Positions 46,509-55,805 of a DNA stretch of 64,000 nucleotides are shown here, piece after piece. Source of the DNA: Candidatus Multivoradales bacterium. Its GTDB lineage: Bacteria; Acidobacteriota; Thermoanaerobaculia; Multivoradales; J023. The notes under the pieces are model-generated. The model searched no databases, was not told the DNA's origin, and saw only the letters and a program-made list of their open reading frames with translations. The stretch is from the NCBI GenBank assembly GCA_965248925.1, contig CBDFLE010000006.1, positions 1,120,001-1,184,000 on the forward strand. The letters run 5' to 3'. Each line of letters opens with the position of its first letter. The stretch's first letter is position 1. The position numbers and the translations under genes were made by a program.

Positions 46509-48209
46509 ATGAGTTCTAAACTATTGTCACAGCTGGAAGATTTCGTCGATCAGCTCGCCGAAGCGCTCGCCGGAGGAGATCTTGCGGCCGTCGAGACGCT
46601 GATCGGCAACTTGCTCGATCAGCTGCGCTCGCTCGACGCGACCCTACCCGCCGCGGAGCTCGAGCCGGTCCTCGAGGCCCTCGAACTGCTGTGCAACGCC
46701 CGTCGCCCAGCCTTGGTCGAGCAGCTCGCCGACTGCCTGCTGCAGAGCGGCCACACCGCGGCCAAGATACGGCGGCTCTACGCCCAGGCACTGATCGACG
46801 ACAGCCTGCTCGATGCCGGTCGCAACCAGCTGCGTAAGCTGATGCAGCGCAAGCGGTTTGCTCAACGCGAAGCGGGCGAGCATCGCGAGGTCCGCGGCCT
46901 GCTGGGACGGATCGAGAAACAGATCTACCTCAATGCCAAGCATCCTGCCGGCGGCCGCATCCGTGGGGCTTTGCAACGTTCGATCAACAACTATCGGCAG
47001 GTCTACGACCGCGACCCGGGGCAACTCTGGCACGGCATCAACGCCGTTGCTTTGCTGATTCTCGCCGACCGCCGAGGGGTACAGATCCAGGGTGACAAGG
47101 ATCCCAAGAACACTGCTCGAGAATTCGCTCTAGACATCCGCCGTCGGGTCGAACGGCTGCACCGCAGCGGTCGGGTCACGGTTTGGGACTACGCCACCGC
47201 CACCGAGGCCAGCCTGGCCCGTGGCGAGATCGCCGAAGCCTGGCGCTGGATCGAGCGCTTCACCGACCATCCTTCAGTCACCGCCTTCCACCTGGCCAGC
47301 ACCGAACGCCAGCTGCGAGAAGTGTGGAAGCTCAGTTGCGGCACCTCGGCCGAAGGTCGACTGTTGCAAGCCCTACGCGCCGCCACTCTCGACAGCGCCG
47401 ACGGCCGGGTCGACCTCGAACCCCAGGACCTCGATCTCGGCGCTCTCGCTGGCAAATCCAACGATGAACTAGAGAAAGTCTTCGGCCGCGACCGCTTCTC
47501 CACTGTCAGTTGGTGGCTGGATGGACTTGCAGCCAGTAAGGCGGTGGCCCGCATCGGCCGACGGGCCGACGAAGGGCTCGGCACCGGTTTCCTGATCGCC
47601 GGCAGCGACCTGCACCCGTCGTTCGGCGAAGAATCCCTGCTGCTGACCAACGCCCATGTGATCAGTGACGATCCCGGAGTCGACGCCTTGCGGACCGACG
47701 AAGTGGTGGTGACTTTCGCTTCGCAAAACCACGGGCGCCGCGAATTCCACGTCGCCGAACAACTTTGGACCTCCCCGCCGGGGCGCTTCGACGCCACCTT
47801 GTTGCGCCTCGATCCGCCGGTCGACGGAATCACCCCGATGAGCCTGGCGAAGAACCTGCCGAGCTTGCGGCGGCCCTACCGGCTTTACGTCATCGGCCAC
47901 CCCGGCGGTCGCGGCCTATCGTTTTCTATCCAAGACAATCTGCTGTTAGATCACGGCCCGATGAATCCAGCGGATGTCGACCATGGTGTCGTCCGCATCC
48001 ACTACCGCACCCCCACCGAACCCGGCAGCTCAGGCAGCCCGGTGTTCAACCGCGAGTGGAGGCTGATCGGCCTGCACCACAAAGGCAGCCAGCAAATGGG
48101 CAAGCTCAAACAACTCCAGCCGCCGCAAGATGACGAGACCTATGCCGCCAACGAAGGCATCGGAATCCAGTCGATCCACGCCGCCCTGGCTCGCGATTTA
48201 GCGGGTTGA
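46509..48209 (+). CDS. TPR-sensor (MAP3K TRAF-binding/DUF4071-like) domain fused to a trypsin-like serine protease
   Basis: LYAQALID, GLLGRIEKQ, WHGINAVAL and WDYATATEA; protease GTGFL, TNAHV, FDATLL, GSSGSPV, GLHH. Confidence 0.85.
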   Translation: MSSKLLSQLEDFVDQLAEALAGGDLAAVETLIGNLLDQLRSLDATLPAAELEPVLEALELLCNARRPALVEQLADCLLQSGHTAAKIRRLYAQALIDDSLLDAGRNQLRKLMQRKRFAQREAGEHREVRGLLGRIEKQIYLNAKHPAGGRIRGALQRSINNYRQVYDRDPGQLWHGINAVALLILADRRGVQIQGDKDPKNTAREFALDIRRRVERLHRSGRVTVWDYATATEASLARGEIAEAWRWIERFTDHPSVTAFHLASTERQLREVWKLSCGTSAEGRLLQALRAATLDSADGRVDLEPQDLDLGALAGKSNDELEKVFGRDRFSTVSWWLDGLAASKAVARIGRRADEGLGTGFLIAGSDLHPSFGEESLLLTNAHVISDDPGVDALRTDEVVVTFASQNHGRREFHVAEQLWTSPPGRFDATLLRLDPPVDGITPMSLAKNLPSLRRPYRLYVIGHPGGRGLSFSIQDNLLLDHGPMNPADVDHGVVRIHYRTPTEPGSSGSPVFNREWRLIGLHHKGSQQMGKLKQLQPPQDDETYAANEGIGIQSIHAALARDLAG

Positions 48210-48215
48210 GCATTC

Positions 48216-48262
48216 TCTTACCTTGAAAATCCCTCAACTGTTGGTGGATTTTCAAGGTAAGA
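48216..48262. promoter_or_regulatory. 17-bp perfect inverted repeat upstream of the AAA ATPase gene
   Basis: TCTTACCTTGAAAATCC-N13-GGATTTTCAAGGTAAGA ending 7 nt before the ATG. Confidence 0.75.
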
Positions 48263-48269
48263 TGCTCCA

Positions 48270-49433
48270 ATGATCCCCCGTACCCGGCATCTGGAACACC
48301 TCCGTTGGCTCTTCAAGACCTTCCCGATAGTCGCCATTCTCGGTGCCCGGCAGGTCGGCAAGACCACCTTGGCCAGGGAGTTTGCAAAACGAGTTGCCGG
48401 ACCGGTCAGCCACTTCGATCTCGAACATCCCGCCGACCTGGCACGTCTAGCCGCCCCGCTGATCACTCTCGAAAACCTCGAAGGTTGGGTCATCCTGGAC
48501 GAAATCCAACGTGTACCAGAGCTGTTCCCACTGCTCCGGGTGTTGGTTGATCGCCCCGATTCCAAAACTCGCTTTCTGGTCTTGGGTAGCGCCTCTCCCG
48601 AACTTCTGCGCCAGAGTTCCGAGACCTTGGCGGGGCGCATCGCTTATCATCGGCTGCGCGGTTTCGCCCTCGACGAAGTGGGTGGCGAGCGTTTCGACAG
48701 CCGCTGGCTTCGCGGCGGTTTCCCCCGCTCCCTGCTAGCCCATGGAGACGCCGAGAGTAGCATCTGGCGGCATCAGTTCGTACAGTCATTCCTCGAGCGC
48801 GACCTGCCCCAACTGGGTATTCGCACCCCGGCCGAAACCCTGCACCGCTTCTGGTCAATGATCGCCCACTACCACGCACAGAATTGGAATGGTGCCGAGC
48901 TAGCTCGGGCCTTCGGCGTCTCGCAAAGCAGCGTGCGCCGTTATCTCGATCTGCTCACCGACAGCCTGGTGCTGCGCCAACTACAACCGTGGCACGAGAA
49001 CCTCTCCAAGCGGCAGGTTCGCTCGCCCAAAGTCTATATCGACGATTGCGGCCTGCTCCACTCCCTGCTCGGTATCGAAACTCGCCACGACTTGCTCCGC
49101 CACCCAAAGGTCGGAGCATCCTGGGAAGGATTCCTGATCGGTCAGCTACTTGAACACCTCCGCGCCCGCCGCCAGGAAAGCTACTTCTGGGGCACCCACG
49201 GCGGCGCCGAGTTGGATCTGCTGATTATCCACGGCGGACGCCGCTTAGGCTTCGAGATCAAACGCACCGCCGCGCCGCGCATCACCCCGTCGATGCGCTC
49301 CGCCCTGGCCGACCTCAAGCTCGACCGGCTGGATGTCATCCACGCCGGCAAAGAGACCTTCCCGATGGCCGAGAAAATCCGCGCGGTCGCTGCCGAGCAG
49401 CTGCTAGAAGAGATCGAGCCGCTGCGGGCTTGA
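48270..49433 (+). CDS. AAA_14 ATPase with DUF4143 domain
   Basis: GARQVGKTT, ILDEIQ, LGSAS, ETLAGR, RGGFP, SPKVY..D.GL, ELDL..FEIK. Confidence 0.93.
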   Translation: MIPRTRHLEHLRWLFKTFPIVAILGARQVGKTTLAREFAKRVAGPVSHFDLEHPADLARLAAPLITLENLEGWVILDEIQRVPELFPLLRVLVDRPDSKTRFLVLGSASPELLRQSSETLAGRIAYHRLRGFALDEVGGERFDSRWLRGGFPRSLLAHGDAESSIWRHQFVQSFLERDLPQLGIRTPAETLHRFWSMIAHYHAQNWNGAELARAFGVSQSSVRRYLDLLTDSLVLRQLQPWHENLSKRQVRSPKVYIDDCGLLHSLLGIETRHDLLRHPKVGASWEGFLIGQLLEHLRARRQESYFWGTHGGAELDLLIIHGGRRLGFEIKRTAAPRITPSMRSALADLKLDRLDVIHAGKETFPMAEKIRAVAAEQLLEEIEPLRA

Positions 49434-51059
49434 CTAGCTGACCAGGTCCTTGACCTGCCCGCCGCGCTGCGCCCGTCGATCGATCGCTGAAGCCAGCTTC
49501 TCGAAAGTCACGCCCATGCGCTGGGCCATTGCCGCGGCCAAGGAGGTGGCGGCGACGCCGGGGATGAACTGGTAGGTCGAGGCTTCGCTGTCGCCCACTT
49601 CGACCTGCAAAAAGCGCAGTGAAGCCAGCGGTGGCTGCTCGCTGAGGCCACGGGCGTAGTCGAGGAAGTGGGTGGAGATGAAGCCTAGCGATCCCAGCCG
49701 ATCGAGCAGGCGCAGAACCAAGGTGAAGACTTCGATGCCCTCGGACGGGTTGGTGCCGGAGCACAGCTCGTCGAGGATCACCATGCCGCCTGAGTCCATA
49801 TTGTCGAAGATAGTTCGGATGCGCAGCAGCTCGCGGCCCAGCCGCCCCTCGGCCTGGTCCGCCACCTCGCGCTCGATCAGCGACACGAACAGGCCGTCTT
49901 TGGCCATCAGGTTGGCGCCGCGGGCCGGTGCGTAGAGCCCTGCTTGGCCGAGCACCTGCACCAGTCCCAGGGCCTGAAGCAAGCGGGTTTTACCTCCTGA
50001 GTTGGGGCCGGTGATCAGGTTGATGGCATCGTCGCCAGGGCTCTCGATATCGCAGGCCACGGTGGGCTCGGGTAAGCCCAACAACAGCGGGTTGAACAGC
50101 TTGTCCATGCTCATCGGGCGCTGGCTGTCGAAGCTCGGCAAGCAGACCGCGAGACCCCGCTTGCTGGCATAGGCGCGGAAACCGCGGTTGGCGAGATAGA
50201 CCTCGAGATGGCTTTGCAGTTGCAGTAGCTGGACTACGGTGGGCGAGATCTTGGTGAAAACGTCGCACAGTAGCCGACCGACGACATCGTCGCGGCTCAT
50301 GTTGTAGCCCCGCCAGAGGAAGCTCAGGCGATCGCGCCAGCGGGATAGCGGCTGCTTGTAGAACCGATTGTTGACGTTCTCCTCGATTCCTCGCACCTGC
50401 AAACGGTTGACTTTGCCATCGGCGCCGATATCGAGGTTCAGGGTGACGGTCGACATCCGGGTCTGCCAATCGAGCAAGGCGTCGAGCAGATCGTACTGAT
50501 CTGAAGCGCGAATCGCTTCGCCCGCGGTGCCCAGGCGCCGCAGGCCAGAGCGGGTGCGGCAGAAATGCTCGGTGAGGTAATCCACCGCCCACCGCACTTT
50601 GCGCATTACATCGAGGCGGTAGGCATTGATGTCCAAGCGCGCAGCATGGCCGGGCAGTTTCAGGCTGGCGAGCAGAGCGTAGAGCCCGCAATAGAGTTCC
50701 TCGGCATGCCCAACGAGGGCTGGCGAAGAATCGAGTTCAGCGGCGATCTGCTGGCGAAAGTCGATCTCCCGCGGATCGGTCGGTGGCTGGGTCAACACCC
50801 GCCAGAAGAACTGCTCGTTGAGGGTGTAGCGACGCTCGGCACAGACGATCGAATAACTGTCAGCGATGAACTCGCGAACAAAAAGGTCGGCGGCGAAGAA
50901 CTGTGGATCCCAGGACGACTCGGCGAGCTGCGCCTCGGCGATCAGCTGGTCATAGCGCAGACCCGCGTCCTTACCCATGAACGAGAGGTCGAGCAGGTCG
51001 GAGACCAGCTCGACGTCGAGGGCTTGGCGAGGTTCGAGGTGCAAAAGGTCTGGAATCAT
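49434..51059 (-). CDS. MutS-related ATPase (domain V, no mismatch-binding domain)
   Basis: LITGPNSGGKT, EGRLGREL, ILDELCSGTN, ISTHF. Confidence 0.85.
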   Translation of the reverse strand: MIPDLLHLEPRQALDVELVSDLLDLSFMGKDAGLRYDQLIAEAQLAESSWDPQFFAADLFVREFIADSYSIVCAERRYTLNEQFFWRVLTQPPTDPREIDFRQQIAAELDSSPALVGHAEELYCGLYALLASLKLPGHAARLDINAYRLDVMRKVRWAVDYLTEHFCRTRSGLRRLGTAGEAIRASDQYDLLDALLDWQTRMSTVTLNLDIGADGKVNRLQVRGIEENVNNRFYKQPLSRWRDRLSFLWRGYNMSRDDVVGRLLCDVFTKISPTVVQLLQLQSHLEVYLANRGFRAYASKRGLAVCLPSFDSQRPMSMDKLFNPLLLGLPEPTVACDIESPGDDAINLITGPNSGGKTRLLQALGLVQVLGQAGLYAPARGANLMAKDGLFVSLIEREVADQAEGRLGRELLRIRTIFDNMDSGGMVILDELCSGTNPSEGIEVFTLVLRLLDRLGSLGFISTHFLDYARGLSEQPPLASLRFLQVEVGDSEASTYQFIPGVAATSLAAAMAQRMGVTFEKLASAIDRRAQRGGQVKDLVS

Positions 51060-51310
51060 GGGTGGAAAGTGTCGCGGTGCGTCGATGGATGATTGACAGC
51101 CTGGAGACTCAGCCGCCGAAGCCCGGCGGTCAGCGGCTAGGGGGCTGAATTTCGCAGCGGCGGTCGCTGTCCGGACTAGAGTCTGAGTCATTATTGTACG
51201 CCGTCTTGGTAGAGGAGTTTGCGAGCTGGCCGAATGCCGGCTCACAACCTTGGACTCGGCCGAGCCCCGCCGAGTTCCACAATTCACTACCGGCAGACGG
51301 TCATGAATGC

Positions 51311-52201
51311 TCAGCCGCTGGCGAACCAACGGGCGAGGCGCTCGCGGGCGGCGCTGGGAGTCGCCGCCAACAATCCGTCCGGACCCTGGCCGGCGAGGGC
51401 GAAACTGGCTGCCACCACCCCCTGCTGCAAGGCTCGCCGAGTCGGCATCTGACGCAGGCGAGCGGCCAAGAACCCGGCGGCAAAAGCGTCACCAGCACCG
51501 GTGGGATCGACCTCTTCGGCAGCTCGTGGCAACCATTCTTGGCGCTGTCCCTGGCGCAGCCAAACACCCCCTCGCCGACCGCGCTTGAACACCACCTGGG
51601 CATCTCGCCCGACGGCCAAACGGCCCGCGGCCGCCACCCCATCGCCATCGAGCAGCATCTCGTCTTCGCTGAGGAAGAGCACATCGACCCGCTTGAGCAA
51701 AGCCCGCCACCGCGGCAGCAGCTCTTCGTCGAGCAGATCGTAGGGATCGATCGACAGCAGTGCTTGGCGCCTGTCGCCAAGGGAGTTGACCAGATCACTC
51801 TGCACTGACCGAGGCATCGGCGCCAGGTGAAAAGCAGCGGCGTGGCGCCAAGCGGTGGGCAACTCGGCAAAGCGCGGCGACACTTCATCGTGGGTGGGGC
51901 CGCTGAGCCGATGCACAACGCGGCGTTGTCGCCCTTCGTAGAGCAACCAAGTCCGCACCCCAGCAGCGCCGGTAGGACGCACCCCACCGAGATCGATACC
52001 GCGCTCTTCGAGAGCCGCCAAGATAGCGGCGGGATAGTCGTCGCCACGGCGGCTGACCACCCCCACCGAGACACCGAACAACCGCGCCGCCAGCGCCAGG
52101 TAGAGCACCGCGCCACCGGGCTGCCCCATCCGCGTCCGGCCGTCGGCATAGACCACGTCGTCGACCAGCAGATTGCCGAAGACAACCAGCTCAGGACTCA
52201 T
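51311..52201 (-). CDS. PfkB family carbohydrate kinase
   Basis: PGGAVLY, VFKRGRRG, DPTGAGDAFAAGF. Confidence 0.92.
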   Translation of the reverse strand: MSPELVVFGNLLVDDVVYADGRTRMGQPGGAVLYLALAARLFGVSVGVVSRRGDDYPAAILAALEERGIDLGGVRPTGAAGVRTWLLYEGRQRRVVHRLSGPTHDEVSPRFAELPTAWRHAAAFHLAPMPRSVQSDLVNSLGDRRQALLSIDPYDLLDEELLPRWRALLKRVDVLFLSEDEMLLDGDGVAAAGRLAVGRDAQVVFKRGRRGGVWLRQGQRQEWLPRAAEEVDPTGAGDAFAAGFLAARLRQMPTRRALQQGVVAASFALAGQGPDGLLAATPSAARERLARWFASG

Positions 52202-52208
52202 CTCAAGA

Positions 52209-53027
52209 TCATTCCGCTGCCGCCTCGGCAAAAGCCTGCACCAGAGCCACGGCCCGAGTGAGGTCAACACCCTCCTGCCAACGGCCGTTAAATTTCACCG
52301 CAGAGCCGACGATCAGGCCGGCAGCTGCGCGGTAGTCGGCAACGTTCTGCGGGTCGACGCCAGAGCCCACCAAGGTGGGTATGGCGACCGCCTCGGCCAC
52401 CGCTGTCACCTCGGCGGCGTCGGCCGGGCGGCCAGTGGAGCTACCCGTGATGATCACCCCATCGGCACAGCAGAATTCGGCGCCCTGCGCCGCTTCCACC
52501 AAGTCCAGATCAGCGGTCACCGCGTGCGCCGAGTGCTTCTTCTTGACGTCGGCCCAGACCTGCACTTGCTCGGCGCCGATACTTCGACGATAGCGCAGCA
52601 GATCGCCAGCATCGGCCTCGATCCAACCCTCGTCGGCGACATGGGCGAAGGCAAAACCCTCGACCCGCACAAACACCGCGCCAGAGGCCAACGCCACCGC
52701 CAACGCTTGACGATCAGCGCCGGCCAACACCTGCACCCCGAGGGGCAGATCGACCGCGGCGCGGACCTCGAGCGCCACCACGGTCATGGCGGCAACGATC
52801 TCCGGGCCGACGATGCGCTTCAGATACGGCCGGTCGTGCATGTTCTCGATCATCAGGCCATCGAAGCCAGCCTCCTGGTAGAGCTTGGCCTCGGCCACCG
52901 CGGCGGCGGCGATCTGTCGCACTTGCCGCTGCGCCAACGGCGTCCCCGGCAGCGCTTCGAGATGCAGCATGCCGATCAATGCCCGGCGGAGGCCGAACAG
53001 CTGCTCGATGGATCGCGCTTGGCTCAT
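52209..53027 (-). CDS. BtpA/SgcQ family protein
   Basis: IGMLHLEALPGTP, IENMHDRPY, DVKKKHS, TGSSTG, LVGSGV. Confidence 0.92.
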   Translation of the reverse strand: MSQARSIEQLFGLRRALIGMLHLEALPGTPLAQRQVRQIAAAAVAEAKLYQEAGFDGLMIENMHDRPYLKRIVGPEIVAAMTVVALEVRAAVDLPLGVQVLAGADRQALAVALASGAVFVRVEGFAFAHVADEGWIEADAGDLLRYRRSIGAEQVQVWADVKKKHSAHAVTADLDLVEAAQGAEFCCADGVIITGSSTGRPADAAEVTAVAEAVAIPTLVGSGVDPQNVADYRAAAGLIVGSAVKFNGRWQEGVDLTRAVALVQAFAEAAAE

Positions 53028-53050
53028 CCTCAAAACGCTCCGCCAAGAAC

Positions 53051-54070
53051 TCAGCTGATCGGGTAGTAAATGTGGGTGAGCAGCTCTTCTTCCGGCGTCG
53101 AGCCCGGATCGGAGAGGAACTCTTCCCACGACCGATCACTGGCCTCGAGACCGCGGGCCGCCAGATAGGCTCCGATCTTGCCGTGGGTCGCTTCGAGATC
53201 AGAGTAGGGCCCTCGGTGGACGATTTTCACCACTGGCCCGGCATAGGTGCGGGTGATCTGCACGGGCGAATCCTCCGCCAATGGCCGTGATGGCTCGCTA
53301 GCGATCGGTATCGCCGCGTCGAAGCCGTAGCCTTGCTCTTCGTTCCAATGGTCGTTGATCGCCCGCGGCGCACCGGCCATTTCAAGACCCCGCTGGGCGA
53401 CGAAGCCCATTACCTGGCCATAGGCCGCGTGCAACGCCGCGCCCACTTCCGCCGAGTCCTGACCACTGGTGCCGCTGACGTAGGCCACCAAGACCTCTTC
53501 CGCCTCGATTTCTTCGACCTCCAAAGCACACCAATCGTCAGCCGGTAACGCCTCGGCCACCTCTTTGAGGGAAGCCAGACCTTCTTCGTAGACGGGGCCG
53601 AGCATGCCACCGATGAGGGGTCCAAAGTAGCGGTCGATGAAGCTGTCAAAGGTGGTGTCAAAACCCCAGATGATGCGGGTTCCGGCGTCGATTTCCTCGA
53701 GCTTGAAGAAAGAATCCGCCACCCCTTGCGGGCCAAAGTCGAGCTTGGCCCGAACCATCCCCGAACTCGACTCGACAATCTCCTGACTGCCGTTGCCAAC
53801 CTTCTTGTGGTCGCTCTTCCAACTCATTTTGGCGCCGACACCATAGGCCGGACCGGCGAAGCTGTACTCGGTGTTGGGATCGATCTTGGCCCAGGGTGAC
53901 CATTGGTTGAAGCGCTCGAAGCCGTCTACTTGGGCCTGAACGGTACACAGCGGCGCCGCGATCTCGACACTGCGATCGAGGTAAACAGACTTTGGCAGGA
54001 AGAACCCCGCCACGATCACTAGCGCCCCCAGTGCCAGGAGAAAGAAAAAAACCTTCTTCAGGATGCCCAT
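53051..54070 (-). CDS. SRPBCC domain plus GyrI-like effector-binding domain protein
   Basis: RSVEIAAP, WSPWAKIDP, GVGAKMSW; HRGPYSDL, WEEFLSDPG. Confidence 0.85.
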   Translation of the reverse strand: MGILKKVFFFLLALGALVIVAGFFLPKSVYLDRSVEIAAPLCTVQAQVDGFERFNQWSPWAKIDPNTEYSFAGPAYGVGAKMSWKSDHKKVGNGSQEIVESSSGMVRAKLDFGPQGVADSFFKLEEIDAGTRIIWGFDTTFDSFIDRYFGPLIGGMLGPVYEEGLASLKEVAEALPADDWCALEVEEIEAEEVLVAYVSGTSGQDSAEVGAALHAAYGQVMGFVAQRGLEMAGAPRAINDHWNEEQGYGFDAAIPIASEPSRPLAEDSPVQITRTYAGPVVKIVHRGPYSDLEATHGKIGAYLAARGLEASDRSWEEFLSDPGSTPEEELLTHIYYPIS

Positions 54071-54255
54071 GGATCCTCCGTCGAAAGACAGACGTTGCAG
54101 ATGTAGTTGCGAGAAGTTGCTGAATGCTAGCACCGCCAGGGGTGCCGCTGATCGCGGCTTGCAGGCTGGATCCGGTAACCCGTCCCTGTGGTACCTTGCG
54201 ACGACCGAGCTTGGCCACCGCTTCACCTCAATGCCAGCAACCGTGAGGATCTAGT

Positions 54256-54723
54256 TTGCTGCACATCTACGTCGATGCCGATGCCTGCCCGGTCAAGCGA
54301 GAGATTTATCGCGTCGCCAGCCGGCACGGCCTGCAAGTGACCCTGGTTAGTAACTCCTGGATACAAGTCCCCTACGAGCCCTGGATCACCTTGGAAGTCG
54401 TGGCTTCCGGGCTCGATGCCGCCGACGATTGGATCGTCGAGCAGCTGCGGCCGCTCGACATCGTGATCAGCGCCGACATCCCTTTGGCGGACCGTTGCCT
54501 GAAGGCCGGCGCCCGGGTTCTCGGTACCACCGGCAGGCTTTTCACCGAAGACAGCATCGGCCAGGCACTCGCCACCCGTGACCTGCTCGCCGAGCTGCGC
54601 GACGCTGGCGAGAGGATCGGCGGGCCGGCACCGCAAGGAAAGAACGACCGATCCCGTTTTCTGCAGCAGCTCGATGAGATGATCCACGCCATCCGCCGGC
54701 AACAACCACCCGGTCCCGGTTGA
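54256..54723 (+). CDS. yaiI: YaiI/YqxD (UPF0178) family protein
   Basis: IYVDADACPVK, DAADDWI, ADIPLA, GGPAP. Confidence 0.92.
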   Translation: MLHIYVDADACPVKREIYRVASRHGLQVTLVSNSWIQVPYEPWITLEVVASGLDAADDWIVEQLRPLDIVISADIPLADRCLKAGARVLGTTGRLFTEDSIGQALATRDLLAELRDAGERIGGPAPQGKNDRSRFLQQLDEMIHAIRRQQPPGPG

Positions 54724-54791
54724 CCCGCGCCCAACGTCGCTGACCCACGAATCGGCAGCAGCATCCTCAGCGGCGGGCTATCATAGGTTGG

Positions 54792-55166
54792 ATGCCAAGC
54801 CGCACCCAACAGCGCGACGCTATTCGCAACGCCTTCGAGACCACCGACCGGCCGCTCGGCCCGCAGGAAGTGCATAACCTCGCCCAACGCCAGCTGCCCC
54901 GGCTCGGCCTGGCGACGGTCTACCGCAACATCCGCAAGCTGGTCGAGAACGGCTGGCTGCGGGCGGTCGGACTGCCCGGCGAGCCCGATCGCTACGAGGT
55001 GGCCGGAAAGTCACACCACCATCACTTTCATTGCCGGCAATGCGACGCGGTGTTCGATGTCGAAGGTTGCCCCGGCGACCTGGGAGATCTATCGCCGAGC
55101 GGCTTCGTGCTCGAATCGCACGAGATCATCCTCTACGGCCTGTGCGCCACCTGCTCCGCTCCCTGA
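54792..55166 (+). CDS. Fur family metalloregulator (possibly Zur)
   Basis: LGLATVYRNI, HHHHFHCRQC, C-terminal CATC. Confidence 0.92.
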   Translation: MPSRTQQRDAIRNAFETTDRPLGPQEVHNLAQRQLPRLGLATVYRNIRKLVENGWLRAVGLPGEPDRYEVAGKSHHHHFHCRQCDAVFDVEGCPGDLGDLSPSGFVLESHEIILYGLCATCSAP

Positions 55167-55240
55167 GTTCGAGCGGGTTTTTCCGGGTCTCGGGGCCGGT
55201 GGCCTCGATCGTGTCGACGGCGGGCTACTCCCCCCCCAAG

Positions 55241-55459
55241 CTACCTTCTCGCGTCCCCGCCATCGCCAGGTCCCGCGATCAACGCCCACAAGTAGCGGCC
55301 GCCGCCCGCCGCCACCAGCAAGCCGCCGACACCGATGAACACCAGGAAGGCCGTCGGGTGTGACCAGAAGAGCGTCACCGCTTGGACCAACAAACCGACG
55401 CTGATCAACAAGCCCGCTTGAGCCAGCTGCCGCCGCCGGCTTTGATCAGATTCAGCCAT
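55241..55459 (-). CDS. Small two-TM membrane protein
   Basis: Two hydrophobic helices; overlaps the end of the cytochrome c fragment. Confidence 0.6.
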   Translation of the reverse strand: MAESDQSRRRQLAQAGLLISVGLLVQAVTLFWSHPTAFLVFIGVGGLLVAAGGGRYLWALIAGPGDGGDARR

Positions 55460-55725
55460 CGCCATTCCCCTCCCAAACCTCGAACTCGCCGAGATTCCCG
55501 ACGTCGTGAATCGGCTCGTGACACTCCAGGCAAGAGGTCTCGCCGCTCGCTATCTCGGCGCGCTCCTCGCGGTGGAGCTCGTCGGCCTCGAATCGGCGAC
55601 CGCCGCCCTGACAGTTTAGACACTCGCGATTGTTGTAGGGCTGGTAGAGCTCGATCGTCTCCGGCAGAGTTCCCAGGTAATACACCCAGAAGTGCTTGAG
55701 ACCCCGCAGCTTGGCGCGCAGGTCT
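55452..55725 (-). pseudogene. 3' fragment of a NapC/NirT-like multiheme cytochrome c
   Basis: DLRAKLRGLKHFWVYY...ECLNCQ...SCLECHEPIH; no start, TM anchor or N-terminal hemes upstream of 55725. Confidence 0.7.
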
Positions 55726-55805
55726 AATTGTCGCTGTGGGCACCGCGCCCCTCGTCGAGTCCGAGCAAGGCGCCGTCAGTGGCCAGCCGAGGCCGAATTG
55801 TCCGC

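Noticed and set aside
51060-51329. N-terminal extension of the MutS-like ORF
   Set aside because: Low-complexity sequence overlapping the pfkB end; protein-like sequence begins at MIPDLL (51059).
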